From the IMG/VR virus record IMGVR_UViG_3300024248_000185, positions 1 through 26,430 of that record: 26,430 bases of DNA; one strand, given 5' to 3'. The notes under the pieces are model-generated. The model was given only the letters and a program-made list of their open reading frames with translations. It was not told where the DNA came from and did no database searches. A program made the position numbers and the translations under genes. Source of the stretch: a virus. Lineage: Duplodnaviria; Caudoviricetes. Position 1 is the stretch's first letter. Each line of letters begins with the position of its first letter. Below, piece after piece: positions 25,406 to 26,430 of the stretch.

Positions 25406-26430
25406 ATGTTGAATTACTTTTTGCAAGAGGGCACCTTCAAACCGGACAAGAAGGCACTTGAAGCATATCAATATCCTCAAGAACTAGGTGATAAAAGATT
25501 TCCTAACATGGTTAAGTTTAATATCTTTGCTAAAAAAATTACGGCAGCAAAGGGACAACGAGACTATGGAAATTTATCTGCTGAAGATACACAGAGTCGA
25601 GCAAATGAAAATAGATCCAAAGCAGAAAATTACGAAAAGATAACCAAACAAGCATCTTTTATAGCAGGAACAGTTGGAGGCTATTATGCTGGTAAGAAAA
25701 CTTCTGGAAAGAATGTTAGTAAATACTGGGAGATAGGTAAAGGTATTGCTACAGGAACCGTTGCATCAGTGGGAATGGCATTAATAGATGATAATCAGGA
25801 AACAGTAAAATTAAAAGAATCTATATCTCTCTATGTACCTCAATCCGTTATAGCAGCGTATACAGCTAATTGGGACGAAACAGACCTAGGACCTTTTGCA
25901 GGTCAAATAGGAGCGGCTTCAGGAAGTGCCTTTGATATTATGAATACTGATGCTATGGAACTTGGTGGTAGAGGAGCTATAGCAGCAGCTGCCAATGTAC
26001 CTTCAGCGGTGGGTGTAGGAGATTTTGATCTAGGTAGTTTGTTTGAAGCAACAAGTAAGAAGATAGGAAACCCATACAAAGAACAATTATTTAAATCTAT
26101 GGGCTTCAGGCAGTTCTCATTTCAATATCAATTTTCTCCTAAGAACTCACAAGAGGCAAGAGATGTTCAAGATATTATTAGTTTATTTAAAGAGAATATG
26201 CACCCCGATGTTAGTGAAGATGGCATGATGTTAATTTATCCTTCAGAGTTTTCCATAGAGTTTCATCATAGAGTAGGTCCAAACCAATCTGCAATAAACA
26301 CAAATTTACCTAAAATATCTACATGCGCATTAAAAAATTGTAAAGTAACTTATGGCCCAGATGGAATGTTAAACACATTTAAAAATTCAGAAGGTATGCC
26401 TACAGAAACAACTATGGAACTACAATTTGT
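25406..26430 (+). CDS. gp48: Baseplate tail-tube cap (T4 gp48-like), truncated by the window end; not in the ORF track
   Basis: SD AGGAG; YQYPQEL, ISLYVPQS, NPYKEQLFKSMGFRQFSFQYQFSPKN, LIYPSEF, TCALKNCKVTY, GMPTETTMELQF. Confidence 0.88.
   Translation, partial: MLNYFLQEGTFKPDKKALEAYQYPQELGDKRFPNMVKFNIFAKKITAAKGQRDYGNLSAEDTQSRANENRSKAENYEKITKQASFIAGTVGGYYAGKKTSGKNVSKYWEIGKGIATGTVASVGMALIDDNQETVKLKESISLYVPQSVIAAYTANWDETDLGPFAGQIGAASGSAFDIMNTDAMELGGRGAIAAAANVPSAVGVGDFDLGSLFEATSKKIGNPYKEQLFKSMGFRQFSFQYQFSPKNSQEARDVQDIISLFKENMHPDVSEDGMMLIYPSEFSIEFHHRVGPNQSAINTNLPKISTCALKNCKVTYGPDGMLNTFKNSEGMPTETTMELQF

Noticed and set aside
1-26430. Stop-codon reassignment, introns or inteins
   Set aside because: Recognised core genes are full length in the standard code, all three stops end genes, and no interruptions were seen

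Overview
AT-rich segment of a large T4-like (myovirus-type) dsDNA phage genome, probably aquatic, read in the standard genetic code. From left to right it holds: (1) a tightly coupled tailoring-enzyme cluster (three radical SAM/SPASM-type proteins, a 2OG-Fe(II) oxygenase, an SDR, a NodU/CmcH carbamoyltransferase and an SGNH-like protein); (2) FmdB-like gene, phoH, an HD-domain small alarmone hydrolase-like gene between two near-identical sigma70 promoters, a PD-(D/E)XK exonuclease and tRNA-Arg(TCT); (3) late-promoter-driven small lipoprotein and membrane genes, an unannotated basic peptide with weak ArfA resemblance, and a SleB-type hydrolase; (4) epimerase, gp33, a GlcNAc-transferase, gp59 and gp32; (5) fatty-acid desaturase, 2OG oxygenase and T4-type lysozyme; (6) a minus-strand tail/baseplate block (gp4, gp2, gp54/gp19-like, gp26, gp51, long gp29-like tape measure) and a truncated gp48. 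The main signals are a candidate -1 frameshift fusing gp26 to gp51 just upstream of the tape measure, six apparently leaderless genes at fixed promoter-to-ATG spacing, the radical SAM cluster, and a possible translation/stringent-response control set. All family calls come from motif recognition by eye; no searches were run.
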